34,873 nucleotides of DNA from Candidatus Iainarchaeum sp. (GTDB lineage: Archaea > Iainarchaeota > Iainarchaeia > Iainarchaeales > JAZDDZ01): assembly GCA_043809245.1 (NCBI GenBank), contig JAZDDZ010000027.1:1-34873 (forward strand). The letters are read 5' to 3'. The position numbers and the translations under genes are program-made. Below, one piece after another: positions 1 through 8,713 of this stretch. Below the pieces are notes generated by a model. The model had not been told where the DNA came from. It worked only from the letters and a program-made list of their open reading frames with translations, and ran no database searches. Within the stretch, counting starts at the first letter, position 1. Every line of letters begins with the position of its first letter.

Positions 1-138
1 AACTGAAAAGTTAGGTTTAAAACCACGAAACTCATATAAACTTTTAAGTGGCAATAAATTACGGTAGCCCATGTTTATCGCCTCCAAAACGATAACTGGG
101 CAACCAATTTTTATCCTAAATCAGCAGAAGAGGGAAAA

Positions 139-1014
139 ATAGAAAAAGGGAAATGGGCCAAGTACAATGGCAATTATTCGGCGTACGTGAAAAGCCGTGA
201 AGCCGCGTTTGAAGCCCAAAAAACGGCTTACGAACTTGAAAACAAATACATTGCAATTGAAAAAGACAAGATTGCGCGCATTGGAAAAAGCCCCAAGAAA
301 GTCAAACAAGGGCAGTATCGTGAAAAATTACTTGAAAAACGTGAAATCCTTGAAAAACCCGACTTGGACCAATCAAAATTCAGAACACGCTTTGATGCCT
401 CGCCAATTAATGCAAGCGTGATTTTAGAGCTAAAGGGCCTGACTGTCGGATACCAAAAGCCATTAATTTCCAATATCAACCTAAATGTAGGCGCAGAGCA
501 GCGAATAATTTTAATTGGAGAAAACGGAATGGGTAAAAGCACTCTTTTCAAAACCATTGAAGGGCGCATCCCCCCCATTTCAGGAAAAATAATTTTGGAT
601 TCACAGGTAAAACTCGGTTACGTGGACCAAGAACTAAAAGACCTGACAACCGGCGCCACATTATATGGTGAAATATATTTTTTGCTGAAAGATTTGGCTA
701 AAACGCGCCAACACTTGTCCATGATGGGGTTTATTGAAAACGACGAAGTGTTCAAGCCAATTTCCCAATTGTCCATGGGGGAAAAGTCCAGGCTCACGCT
801 GCTTAAAATTCTTATTGGCAAACCAAACTTTCTGCTGCTTGACGAGCCAACAAACCACCTTGACATTGATGCGCGCGAAATAATTGAAAAAGCATTCCTA
901 AATTATGGCGGCGCAATTTTGGCAGTTTCACACGACCGTTATTTCATTAAAAAAATTGCACAGCGCATGCTAAAAGTAAGTGATGGGTCAATCAAAGAAA
1001 TTCCCGTGAAATAA
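139..1014 (+). pseudogene. 5'-truncated ABC-F family ATPase (linker + second ATPase domain only)
   Basis: Frame reads IEKGKWAKYNGNYSAY (ABC-F linker), then GENGMGKST, LSMGE, LLLDEPTNHLD, SHDRYF. In-frame stop at 55-57 and no first ATPase domain; ORF track start is GTG 187. Confidence 0.75.
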
Positions 1015-1058
1015 AACGCAAAATGAATTTTTTAAAACTAGCCTTATAAATTTGTTTA

Positions 1059-1077
1059 TAGGCGATGATGAGGTTAA
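1059..1077 (+). repeat. att-like core copy A (taGGCGATGATGAGGTTAA)
   Basis: 18/19 identical to 13249-13267; TTTAA at 1031-1035. Confidence 0.85.
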
Positions 1078-1121
1078 TTCGGGTTATTGCCGAATAACGC
1101 TATTTGTGCTAACAATAATTT

Positions 1122-1146
1122 TTTAAATATTGATGCTCATCAATAT
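1122..1146 (+). promoter_or_regulatory. TATA box overlapping an ArsR/SmtB-type operator
   Basis: TTTAAATA at 1122-1129; perfect inverted repeat ATATTGATG-ct-CATCAATAT at 1127-1146 just upstream of arsR. Confidence 0.8.
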
Positions 1147-1151
1147 GTTTT

Positions 1152-1427
1152 ATGGCTAAAAATAATGCCTTAGAAGTGTTAAAGGCTCTTTCTGATGGGA
1201 CGAGACTTGAAATAGTTAGGCTGCTTTTGGATGGGGAAAGGTGCGTGTGCCAGATTTTTCCACAGGTTAGAAGAACACAGTCAACTGTTTCAATCCAATT
1301 GGCAACGCTTGAAAAAGCAGGTTTAATTAAATCAAGAAGGGAAGGCAAGAAAATTTTTTACAAAATAACTGACAATAGAGTAAAAAAAATCCTTAAAGCA
1401 GCAGAATCTAAATTAGAAGGGGACTAA
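1152..1427 (+). CDS. arsR: ArsR/SmtB family metalloregulator
   Basis: KALSDGTRLEIV, CVC motif in helix 3, QSTVSIQL, SRREGK wHTH. Confidence 0.92.
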   Translation: MAKNNALEVLKALSDGTRLEIVRLLLDGERCVCQIFPQVRRTQSTVSIQLATLEKAGLIKSRREGKKIFYKITDNRVKKILKAAESKLEGD

Positions 1428-1428
1428 A

Positions 1429-2535
1429 ATGAAAGAAAAAAACTTGTTTTTGTTGCTGGCGGCACTGTTTCTGGCGTTCTACTTCATGCCGGTTGGAAGC
1501 CAATGGCTTGACAATGCCTTGCTAAGCGGTTTTGCATTGTTGCACGAGTACGCAACACAGCATATTTTAACCTGCCTTGTTCCGGCATTTTTTATTGCGG
1601 GGGCTATCGCGGTTTTTGTAAAAAAACAGGCGGTTCTTAAATACCTGGGCGGAAAAGCAAAACCATATGTTTCCTACACGATTGCCTCTGTTTCAGGCGC
1701 GGTTCTTGCAGTCTGCAGCTGCACAATCCTTCCATTGTTTGCAGGAATTTATAAAAGAGGAGCAGGGCTTGGACCGGCAACAGCATTCCTTTACTCGGGG
1801 CCGGCAATAAACATTGCAGCAATTTTTTTAACAGCAAGCGTTTTGGGCTTTAAGATTGGATTAGCGAGGGCAGTTTCAGCAATTGCTTTAGCAGTGCTTG
1901 TAGGAGTGACAATGGCTTTCCTTTTCAGGGAAAAAAGCGCAAAACAAGAGATTGCAATAGAAGAAGAAACAGGGCAAAAAACCTCAAAAACAGCAATCGG
2001 AGTGTTCTTTGCTTCAATGGTCGGAATCCTAATAGTGAACGGCCTGCAGATTGACTTGACAATAAAATGGGGGCTAATGGGTTTCCTTGCCCTGATTGCG
2101 GCAGCGGTTGTTTTGCTGAAATTTAAAAGCGAGACAAGAGACCAGTGGCTTGCAGAAACATGGAGCATAGGCAAACTCCTTATCCCCTATTTATTCATCG
2201 GTGTGTTCATTGTCGGATTCATAATGCCGTTGATTCCTGAAGAACTAATAATTCAATGGGTTGGCTCAAATACAATTCAAGCAAACCTTTTGGCATCAAT
2301 TTTTGGGGCATTCATGTATTTTTCCACACTCACTGAGGTGCCAATAATGCAGGCACTGATTGCAAAAGGGATGAATCAGGGGCCGGCACTTGCGCTGTTG
2401 CTTGCGGGCCCTTCATTGAGCCTGCCTGCAATGCTTGTAATAAGAAGCGTTTTAGGAAACAAAAAAACAATTGCATACATTGCAATAGTTGTGGTTTATT
2501 CCTCTATTGCAGGATTGATTTTTGGAATGGTTTAA
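1429..2535 (+). CDS. ArsP/DUF318-type permease
   Basis: Multi-TM protein with AVCSCTILPLFAGI, FLYSGPAIN and MYFSTLTEVPI motifs; in operon with arsR. Confidence 0.88.
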   Translation: MKEKNLFLLLAALFLAFYFMPVGSQWLDNALLSGFALLHEYATQHILTCLVPAFFIAGAIAVFVKKQAVLKYLGGKAKPYVSYTIASVSGAVLAVCSCTILPLFAGIYKRGAGLGPATAFLYSGPAINIAAIFLTASVLGFKIGLARAVSAIALAVLVGVTMAFLFREKSAKQEIAIEEETGQKTSKTAIGVFFASMVGILIVNGLQIDLTIKWGLMGFLALIAAAVVLLKFKSETRDQWLAETWSIGKLLIPYLFIGVFIVGFIMPLIPEELIIQWVGSNTIQANLLASIFGAFMYFSTLTEVPIMQALIAKGMNQGPALALLLAGPSLSLPAMLVIRSVLGNKKTIAYIAIVVVYSSIAGLIFGMV

Positions 2536-2546
2536 GGAGGAATTAA

Positions 2547-2774
2547 ATGAAAATAGAAATATTGGGAACCGGTTGCCCGAAATGCAAGCAACTTGAAGCA
2601 AATGCCAGAAAAGCTCTGGAAGAGACCGGGAAAAAAGCTGAAATAGTAAAAGTGACAGACATAAACAAAATAATTGAAGCAGGAGTAATGGCAACCCCCG
2701 CTTTAGCTGTTGACAGAAAAATCGTTTGCAGCGGCAGAATCCCTACAACAGACGAAATCAAAAAATGGCTATGA
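2547..2774 (+). CDS. Small redox-active disulfide protein (MTH895-like thioredoxin)
   Basis: MKIEILGTGCPKC ... GVMATPAL; RBS AAGGAGG. Confidence 0.9.
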   Translation: MKIEILGTGCPKCKQLEANARKALEETGKKAEIVKVTDINKIIEAGVMATPALAVDRKIVCSGRIPTTDEIKKWL

Positions 2775-2779
2775 AACAA

Positions 2780-2830
2780 TAATTTTAAGGCATTAACACC
2801 ATACGATACATTAGGCAATAATGATGTTAT
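2780..2830 (+). repeat. Module-end repeat + att-like core copy B
   Basis: 2780-2809 is identical (30/30) to 7108-7137; core 2814-2830 GGCAATAATGATGTTAT is 14/17 to 13251-13267. Confidence 0.85.
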
Positions 2831-3051
2831 AGTCTGAAATTTGGTGTGTGTTACCGCCAACTTTTTAATTATCTTTAGCCCTAATCTGGGTGGTCTTAGG
2901 CAGATATTTTAAACGTTGCTCCGCATGGAGAAAACCATTTGAAAACGATAAAAACCAGAAAAATTCTTTACATTGACAAAATTGTCTTCATAAATAGCAA
3001 CCGAAACATTTATATTTTGTGTTACTCATAATTAACATAAATTATTAATTT

Positions 3052-4323
3052 ATGTTTGGTGAATTTAGCATGGCTACAATCCAAGAAAGGCTTGTTGAAT
3101 TCAATTCGTGGTGGAAGGAAACATTTACATTAGAATTCAGGCCTAGAAAGGTTTACGGCGAAATGCGCAAGTTTCATAAACAGCCACAAATAGTCGCATT
3201 AACTGGTTTAAGGCGTGTCGGCAAGTCCACTTTACTCAAAAAGATTGTACAAGACGAAATTGCTGCAGGAAGAGACCCAAAAGCAATAATGTATTTTTCT
3301 TTTGACGAATTCAAGGACACTGAACCAAGCGAAATACTCAAAGCATATAATGAAATCACTGGAAAAGATGCTTCAAAAGAAAAAACTATTTTATTGTTTG
3401 ATGAAGTACAAAAGGTAACTGATTGGGAGAATAAAATCAAGACAATTTATGACCTTTACAAAGGAAAAGCGAAAATTTACATTTCGGGCTCTGAATCCTT
3501 GTTTGTAAAAACAAAGGCAAAGGAAACGCTCGCAGGAAGAATATTTTACTTCAAGGTTGAAACACTGTCTTTTATAGAATACCTTGACTTCAAACAAAAA
3601 AAGTTTGAACCAACCGCGCTTTACCAGAAAGAATTGTTCAAAGAATTCAAGGAGTTTATTCAATCACAGGGTTTCCCGGAGCTCGTTAATGTAACTGACC
3701 GGGAGATAATCCAAAAATACATTCAAGAAGGCATTGTTGAGAAAATAGTTTACAGGGATATTCCAACAATTTACGCTATCAAAGAAACCAGTGTTTTGGA
3801 ATCATTGCTCAAGCTTTTAATGGAAGAACCGGGTCAAATTATTGACATGCAAACCTTGGCTTCTCAATTTAAGACCACGCGCCAAACAATTTCCAATTAT
3901 TTTTCATTCCTTGAACAAGCATTTCTAATCAGAAAATTGTACAACTATTCCCCAAACAAAAGAAAAGTTGAAAGAAAACTCAAAAAATACTACTCCGCTA
4001 TACTATCGCCCTCGCTCACATTCAAAGAAGACACAATTTCACAATCAAAAGTCTTGGAATGCGTAGTAGCCAATAATCTCAATGCGGAGTTTTTTTGGCG
4101 AGACCAGTACAAGAACGAAGTGGACATAATCCTTACAGAGCCGGCACTAATTCCAATAGAAGTAAAACTTTCTGAAACAAAATCAAAAAGCTTGGAACTA
4201 TTCATGCAAAAATTCAAGGCAAAAAAAGGTTATATCATAACACAAAACCAAGAAATAAAAGAAAAAGGCAAAGTGGAAGTAATGCCCGCTTTCAAGTACT
4301 TCTTGGTCCGTCAGACAAAGTGA
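3052..4323 (+). CDS. AAA+ ATPase (AAA_14 + DUF4143)
   Basis: GLRRVGKST, LFDEVQ, SGS, ETLAGR, C-terminal EVD...IPIEVK; alternative start 3070. Confidence 0.9.
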   Translation: MFGEFSMATIQERLVEFNSWWKETFTLEFRPRKVYGEMRKFHKQPQIVALTGLRRVGKSTLLKKIVQDEIAAGRDPKAIMYFSFDEFKDTEPSEILKAYNEITGKDASKEKTILLFDEVQKVTDWENKIKTIYDLYKGKAKIYISGSESLFVKTKAKETLAGRIFYFKVETLSFIEYLDFKQKKFEPTALYQKELFKEFKEFIQSQGFPELVNVTDREIIQKYIQEGIVEKIVYRDIPTIYAIKETSVLESLLKLLMEEPGQIIDMQTLASQFKTTRQTISNYFSFLEQAFLIRKLYNYSPNKRKVERKLKKYYSAILSPSLTFKEDTISQSKVLECVVANNLNAEFFWRDQYKNEVDIILTEPALIPIEVKLSETKSKSLELFMQKFKAKKGYIITQNQEIKEKGKVEVMPAFKYFLVRQTK

Positions 4324-4549
4324 TTTATATGTGGAAAAACTGAATAACAAATTTTGGCGGGAACTAGAAAGGCGTTTTGGCAAAGCAAAACTTAATGTAG
4401 TTTTAAAATTGGGAAAATCTTATTTTAATGGTATTAAGGGGTGAAAAGAAATGAAACCGAGATTAAGTCTGTGAAAAGGCAGATTGACGATATTCTCGAT
4501 GACCTGAATAAAAGCAAGAAGTATGTGTACGCGGTTTACAGGTGAAACA

Positions 4550-4786
4550 ATGCCTGTGAAATTCAAGTATTGCCCGAAGTGCGCTTCACTGGACTTAATC
4601 AGCATTGACGGAAAAGACTACTATTTTTGCAGGAGCTGCGAATACAAGGGCTGCGTGCTGGAAGACACACCGGATTATATCGAAGCGTACAAAAACGGGT
4701 TTCCGGAAGATTCTTTCAAGCATTCCAAGGCCAGGGCTCCCCTGGAAAAGCATAAACTGTTAAGAAAAGAGTCAACAGACAATTAA
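4550..4786 (+). CDS. Small zinc-ribbon protein
   Basis: CPKC...CRSC; RBS AGGTGA at 4540-4545 supports ATG 4550. Confidence 0.6.
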   Translation: MPVKFKYCPKCASLDLISIDGKDYYFCRSCEYKGCVLEDTPDYIEAYKNGFPEDSFKHSKARAPLEKHKLLRKESTDN

Positions 4787-5104
4787 TTGGGGGCAGTTGT
4801 ATTGGATGAATTCGTGAGCAAGTATTTGGTTAAGGGCATTGACAATCTTTCAAAAGAGGAATTGAATGAATTGGGCGACCATTTTCTTCGGAAAGTCCTG
4901 ACAGACATTATTTACGTGAAGGACAACTTTTTCAAAAACCCAAAAAATGAAAACGAATGGAGTGAATTCAGAAAAAACAAAGATTCTGATTACCTTTTAT
5001 CCCTGCTTATCGCTGGAACACTTATGGATGAATACAAAAAGAAAGGGACAACCACGTCTGCGCAAAAATTCTGCCATGAATGCGGCGCAAAACTGATTAA
5101 GTGA
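4787..5104 (+). CDS. Hypothetical protein, possibly a fragment (single CHECG knuckle)
   Basis: 105-aa ORF with TTG start, ending KFCHECGAKL. Confidence 0.45.
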   Translation: MGAVVLDEFVSKYLVKGIDNLSKEELNELGDHFLRKVLTDIIYVKDNFFKNPKNENEWSEFRKNKDSDYLLSLLIAGTLMDEYKKKGTTTSAQKFCHECGAKLIK

Positions 5105-5163
5105 AAGAATCCGACTTTTCACAAAAAGTCAACATTTAAATGATTTGGAGATAGTATTTTAAT

Positions 5164-6003
5164 ATGCCTAAAAGGATTCTTGCTAGAAGACCTAAGACCC
5201 CGCCAAATGATCCTTTGAAAAGACCAATTAGGAGATTAAGAAATTTTTTTATACGAAATGGTCAAGAACCAGAGATAATTGTAGAGCCTAATGGTTTGTT
5301 AATAAAAACACAGGAAACACGGGAAGTGGTTGAAGACAGTGGGTTTAATATCGAGGAAACTCACCAATTGCCTGGACATTATTTCATTCCGAATTATAGC
5401 CTGGGTTTTGTCATGATGCATCCAAAAATATTACTTGAAAAGAATGTTCAATGGAAAGCAAAAGAAAGTTTCATGAAAGGAGAACAATACAGATATTACT
5501 CTGGAAGAGTTCCAAGCGCTAAAGGGAGAACTAAAAATGGACAGCCAACAGAAAGACCTAGAAAAACTGTTTTCCGTAAAGACTATATACTTAGAGACCG
5601 CAGTCAGCGCACGCGTCCGCTTGGAGAACCACTGGCCATCGCAGAAGCAAGAAACTCAACTATCTTTGGCGACTCAAAGCCAATAAAGATTAATGATGAG
5701 GTAAGTTTTCGAATACCAAAATACTATGCAGCAACACCACACGGAGTACTACTGGAGAGAATAGATAGGCCAACATTTAATGAATTTGTCGATAAATTGC
5801 CTGAAAAAGACAAAGGGCGTGTTAAAGAAAACTATCGCCAACTTTTAAATTTTCTTAAAGATAAAAAAAATTATGGGGGGGCATTTTGGATTCCTTTAAA
5901 GCCGCCAAATAGTTCGAGGGCAGGGGTCAGACAAGTTTACATTGACTCGTATAACAGAAAAACAGGAGAAACAAAATTCATAATTACAGACCTTAAAAAA
6001 TAA
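5164..6003 (+). CDS. Hypothetical basic protein
   Basis: 279-aa ORF, TTTAAA ~25 nt upstream; weak kinase-N-lobe-like segment PKYY...VLLERIDRPT. Confidence 0.7.
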   Translation: MPKRILARRPKTPPNDPLKRPIRRLRNFFIRNGQEPEIIVEPNGLLIKTQETREVVEDSGFNIEETHQLPGHYFIPNYSLGFVMMHPKILLEKNVQWKAKESFMKGEQYRYYSGRVPSAKGRTKNGQPTERPRKTVFRKDYILRDRSQRTRPLGEPLAIAEARNSTIFGDSKPIKINDEVSFRIPKYYAATPHGVLLERIDRPTFNEFVDKLPEKDKGRVKENYRQLLNFLKDKKNYGGAFWIPLKPPNSSRAGVRQVYIDSYNRKTGETKFIITDLKK

Positions 6004-6204
6004 GGTGAATGGTGAACGTTCAACTATAATTGTCTAAAACACAATTTTGCCAAAGCCCTAACCCTCCAATCCCTCTGCTTTTTTGAGCGGGCGGAATCTC
6101 TGCACAAAAAACCCAGATTCAGAATCCAAATTGTAATCCCTTTTTGTGCAAAGCAAAAGAATCCGATACATTTATTAATACCTACAGCGATTATGTAATA
6201 CGAT

Positions 6205-6345
6205 ATGCCGTATAGAAGTGGAGTGACTACAATCCAGTTGAGCCCGGCTACAAGGGACAAATTGAAAGAGTTGGGCAAGAAGGGCGAAAGCTACGATCAG
6301 ATAATAAACAAACTTGTGGATTTCTGGTCAAAGAAGAAAAAATGA
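6205..6345 (+). CDS. 46-aa RHH/antitoxin-like DNA-binding protein, copy 1 (not in ORF track)
   Basis: MPYRSGVTTIQLSPATRDKLKELGKKGESYDQIINKLVDFWSKKKK; 30/46 identical to 12684-12824. Confidence 0.85.
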   Translation: MPYRSGVTTIQLSPATRDKLKELGKKGESYDQIINKLVDFWSKKKK

Positions 6346-6348
6346 ATT

Positions 6349-6441
6349 TTAGCTTAAGAGCTCTTTTAGTTTGTTGGACAGCAATTTATTGCGTTCTTCA
6401 AAGAACTGTTTGAAATTATTGAAATCGAGATTCACATTAGA
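6349..6441 (-). pseudogene. 3'-terminal gene fragment resembling DUF262/GmrSD-family C-termini
   Basis: Minus strand reads NVNLDFNNFKQFFEERNKLLSNKLKELLS*; family assignment is from recalled resemblance only. Confidence 0.4.
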
Positions 6442-6616
6442 TTGGAGAATCGTTATTACACTTTTAGGATGGTCAACTTTAATCAAGGGAATTATGAAAA
6501 TTGGGTTCCCGGAAGTGATTCATAAACAAGCACAGAGATTCAAAACGAAACAGGCAATTAGCACTGTTTTCATGATGCTCTTGGGTGCATGGCTAATCTG
6601 GATGAGCTTTGTCTAA
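6437..6616 (+). pseudogene. 3'-terminal fragment of a small membrane protein
   Basis: LDWRIVITLLGWSTLIKG...two TM helices; its apparent N-terminus is the antisense of another gene end. Confidence 0.5.
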
Positions 6617-6729
6617 TGGCATGAACGCTGCATTAGACACGCCCATAAAAGCGGAGAAAGCCCAAAAAACCATTAATTTTATTACATCATTACTATTGAA
6701 TACAATAGGAGATTATTCGGACGATGATT

Positions 6730-7110
6730 ATGAAAATCCAGCTTTTGTATATTTTGGATTGCCCCTGGTGCGTGAAAACAAAGGAACTGCTTAAGGGCAG
6801 CTTAAAAGAGCTTGGCACAAAGGCTGATGTTGAAGAAATCCTAATTGACTCTGATGAAAAAGCCAAAAAATACAAGTTTGTTGGCTCGCCAACAATAAAG
6901 ATTGATGGAAAGGATATCCAGGAAACAATTAGCAAGGGCCGGTGCCTGCCCTGCGAAGAAATAGCCGAACAAGACAAGGGAGCAACTGAATTCATTAAAC
7001 AGGAATGCAAGTGCGGCTGCAGAACCTATTCCTACAAAGGGAAGCAGTATCCCTACCCGCCAAAGGCCATGATTAAGGAAGCCGTCAAGAAATCGCTCAA
7101 AAACCGTTAA
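6730..7110 (+). CDS. Cys-rich thioredoxin-fold protein (DUF2703-like), copy 1
   Basis: CPWC, GSPTIKIDG, CLPC, CKCGCRTY; 107/117 identical to 12843-13232. Confidence 0.85.
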   Translation: MKIQLLYILDCPWCVKTKELLKGSLKELGTKADVEEILIDSDEKAKKYKFVGSPTIKIDGKDIQETISKGRCLPCEEIAEQDKGATEFIKQECKCGCRTYSYKGKQYPYPPKAMIKEAVKKSLKNR

Positions 7111-7158
7111 TTTTAAGGCATTAACACCATACGATACTTACGGCAATGATGAGGTCAA
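7108..7158 (+). repeat. Module-end repeat + att core copy C (putative attL)
   Basis: Core 7142-7158 GGCAATGATGAGGTCAA is 16/17 to 13251-13267 and lies 64 nt before the integrase start. Confidence 0.9.
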
Positions 7159-7191
7159 GCACTATAGTAATGTATAGGCATTACAGTAGAG

Positions 7192-7227
7192 TTTAAAAAG
7201 AGATAGCAGCACCATAGTATCTATGGT
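7192..7227 (+). promoter_or_regulatory. Integrase promoter with palindromic operator over the start codon
   Basis: TTTAAAAA at 7192-7199; ACCATAG-tat-CTATGGT at 7211-7227 contains ATG 7223. Confidence 0.65.
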
Positions 7228-8515
7228 AACGAAAGACGAATACAACCTGAACCACACGCTCAACAGGCTCAATAATTCTGGCATGCTGCCTTACAACAAA
7301 AGCAAGGCACTCGAATTCTATAACGAAAAGGTTGCCCAGGGCATCAGAAAGACAAGCTACACCTATGTTCTGCGCATTCTCATTGAATTAGGCGAGCACT
7401 TCAAGGACAAAAAGTTCGAAGACATTCCAAAGAGCGAAATGGTTTCCTTCTTCAACAACTTGAAGCCAAAAGACAAGGTTTTGAAAACAAGATGCGGGCC
7501 TGTTGTAACAATCCCAATCGAATCCTACAGCGAAGGCACTTTATGGCAATACAAGGCAGCTGTCAAAATGTTTTACAAATGGCTCTTTGGAAAAGAGAAT
7601 GACGAAACCCCGTCGGACGCAGTCCGCTGGATAAAGAAAGCAGCTAATGGCAACGGAAACGGCTATGATAAATTCAGGAAAGAAATCCTTACAGCAGAAG
7701 AAATGCTCAAAATATTGAACGCCGCAAAGAACGCCCGCAACAAAGCCATTATTGCAATCTTGTGGGAGTACGGCCTGCGAGCTTCTGAATTATTGAACAT
7801 GAAAAAACCCGATTTGAAAATTGCAGAGAATTACATTGAGTTTGAAGTTAATGGCAAGACTGGAAAAAGGCAAGTCATTCTGGTTGAAAGCAAGCCGTTC
7901 CTTGAAGCCTGGCTCGCAGAACTCGAAGAAAAGAAATCCCAAATCCCCAAGCAGCTGCAGGATTACATCTGGCTTGCGTTCTCCTCAAGAGGCTACCGCA
8001 AAAAAGCAATTGGAACACAACTCATTTCCAGGGATGCCCTGAACGTGAAACTTAAATGGATTGCAAAAGCAGCTGGCATTGATAAGCGGGTTTGGACTCA
8101 TGGCTTTCGGCACAGCTCCGCAACAAAAGATGCGGTAAAAGGATACAATGAAGCAAAACTCAGGGCAAAATACGGCTGGAGCAACAAAAGCAACATGCCT
8201 TCTGTTTACGTTCACTTTGCAAACCAAAATTTGAAGAAAGAGATTTTGATTGAGAAGGGCCTTTGGAAACCTGACAAAAAAGAGCAGGAACCGCTCTCAA
8301 CGCAAACAGTTATTTGCCCTTTCTGCTCTGTTCAGAACATGAAAGAAAACGACTATTGTAGCAAGTGCGGAAAGCCCCTCAAAATAGAGCAGCTGAAAGC
8401 AATGGAAAAGAAATCCGAGCAGCTGAACCTGCTGCAAGAAATAATAGCGCAAGAGCTTGAAAAGAAAGGCGTTGACCTGGAACAAATGGCAAAGATACTG
8501 GCGGGAAAAGGCTGA
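7223..8515 (+). CDS. int: Tyrosine recombinase/integrase with C-terminal zinc ribbon
   Basis: GLRASEL (R), GKTG (K), HGFRH (HxxR), YGWS (W), SVYVH (Y); CPFC...CSKC. Confidence 0.93.
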   Translation: MVTKDEYNLNHTLNRLNNSGMLPYNKSKALEFYNEKVAQGIRKTSYTYVLRILIELGEHFKDKKFEDIPKSEMVSFFNNLKPKDKVLKTRCGPVVTIPIESYSEGTLWQYKAAVKMFYKWLFGKENDETPSDAVRWIKKAANGNGNGYDKFRKEILTAEEMLKILNAAKNARNKAIIAILWEYGLRASELLNMKKPDLKIAENYIEFEVNGKTGKRQVILVESKPFLEAWLAELEEKKSQIPKQLQDYIWLAFSSRGYRKKAIGTQLISRDALNVKLKWIAKAAGIDKRVWTHGFRHSSATKDAVKGYNEAKLRAKYGWSNKSNMPSVYVHFANQNLKKEILIEKGLWKPDKKEQEPLSTQTVICPFCSVQNMKENDYCSKCGKPLKIEQLKAMEKKSEQLNLLQEIIAQELEKKGVDLEQMAKILAGKG

Positions 8516-8630
8516 CTTTACAGTTTTCCAATAAATTCCCAAACTTGCCAAAAAGCAGCAGTAAATTGCTTATAATGCATGATTTTGTAAACTTTTGTGC
8601 AGTATATCGCTTTTAGTGAACACTTTTTAA

Positions 8631-8691
8631 TGCTCAATGTATTGAGCAATATTGCACATTATTGCTCATTGTAATAAGCAATGTTTAAATA
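8631..8691 (+). promoter_or_regulatory. Tandem palindromic operators + TATA upstream of the AAA-DUF4143 gene
   Basis: TGCTCAAT-gt-ATTGAGCA (8631-8648), ATTGCTCATT-gt-AATAAGCAAT (8661-8682), TTTAAATA (8684-8691). Confidence 0.6.
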
Positions 8692-8713
8692 CTAGTTTGC
8701 GCATTATTTTATC

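Noticed and set aside
2821-2837. ATGATGT...CTGA as a second C/D sRNA
   Set aside because: Box C is imperfect, only 6 nt separate it from CTGA, and there is no second guide; better explained as a degenerate att core.
4330-4545. Two short GTG-started frames (about 37 and 34 aa)
   Set aside because: No recognisable motif or clear RBS; may be gene debris, so not called.
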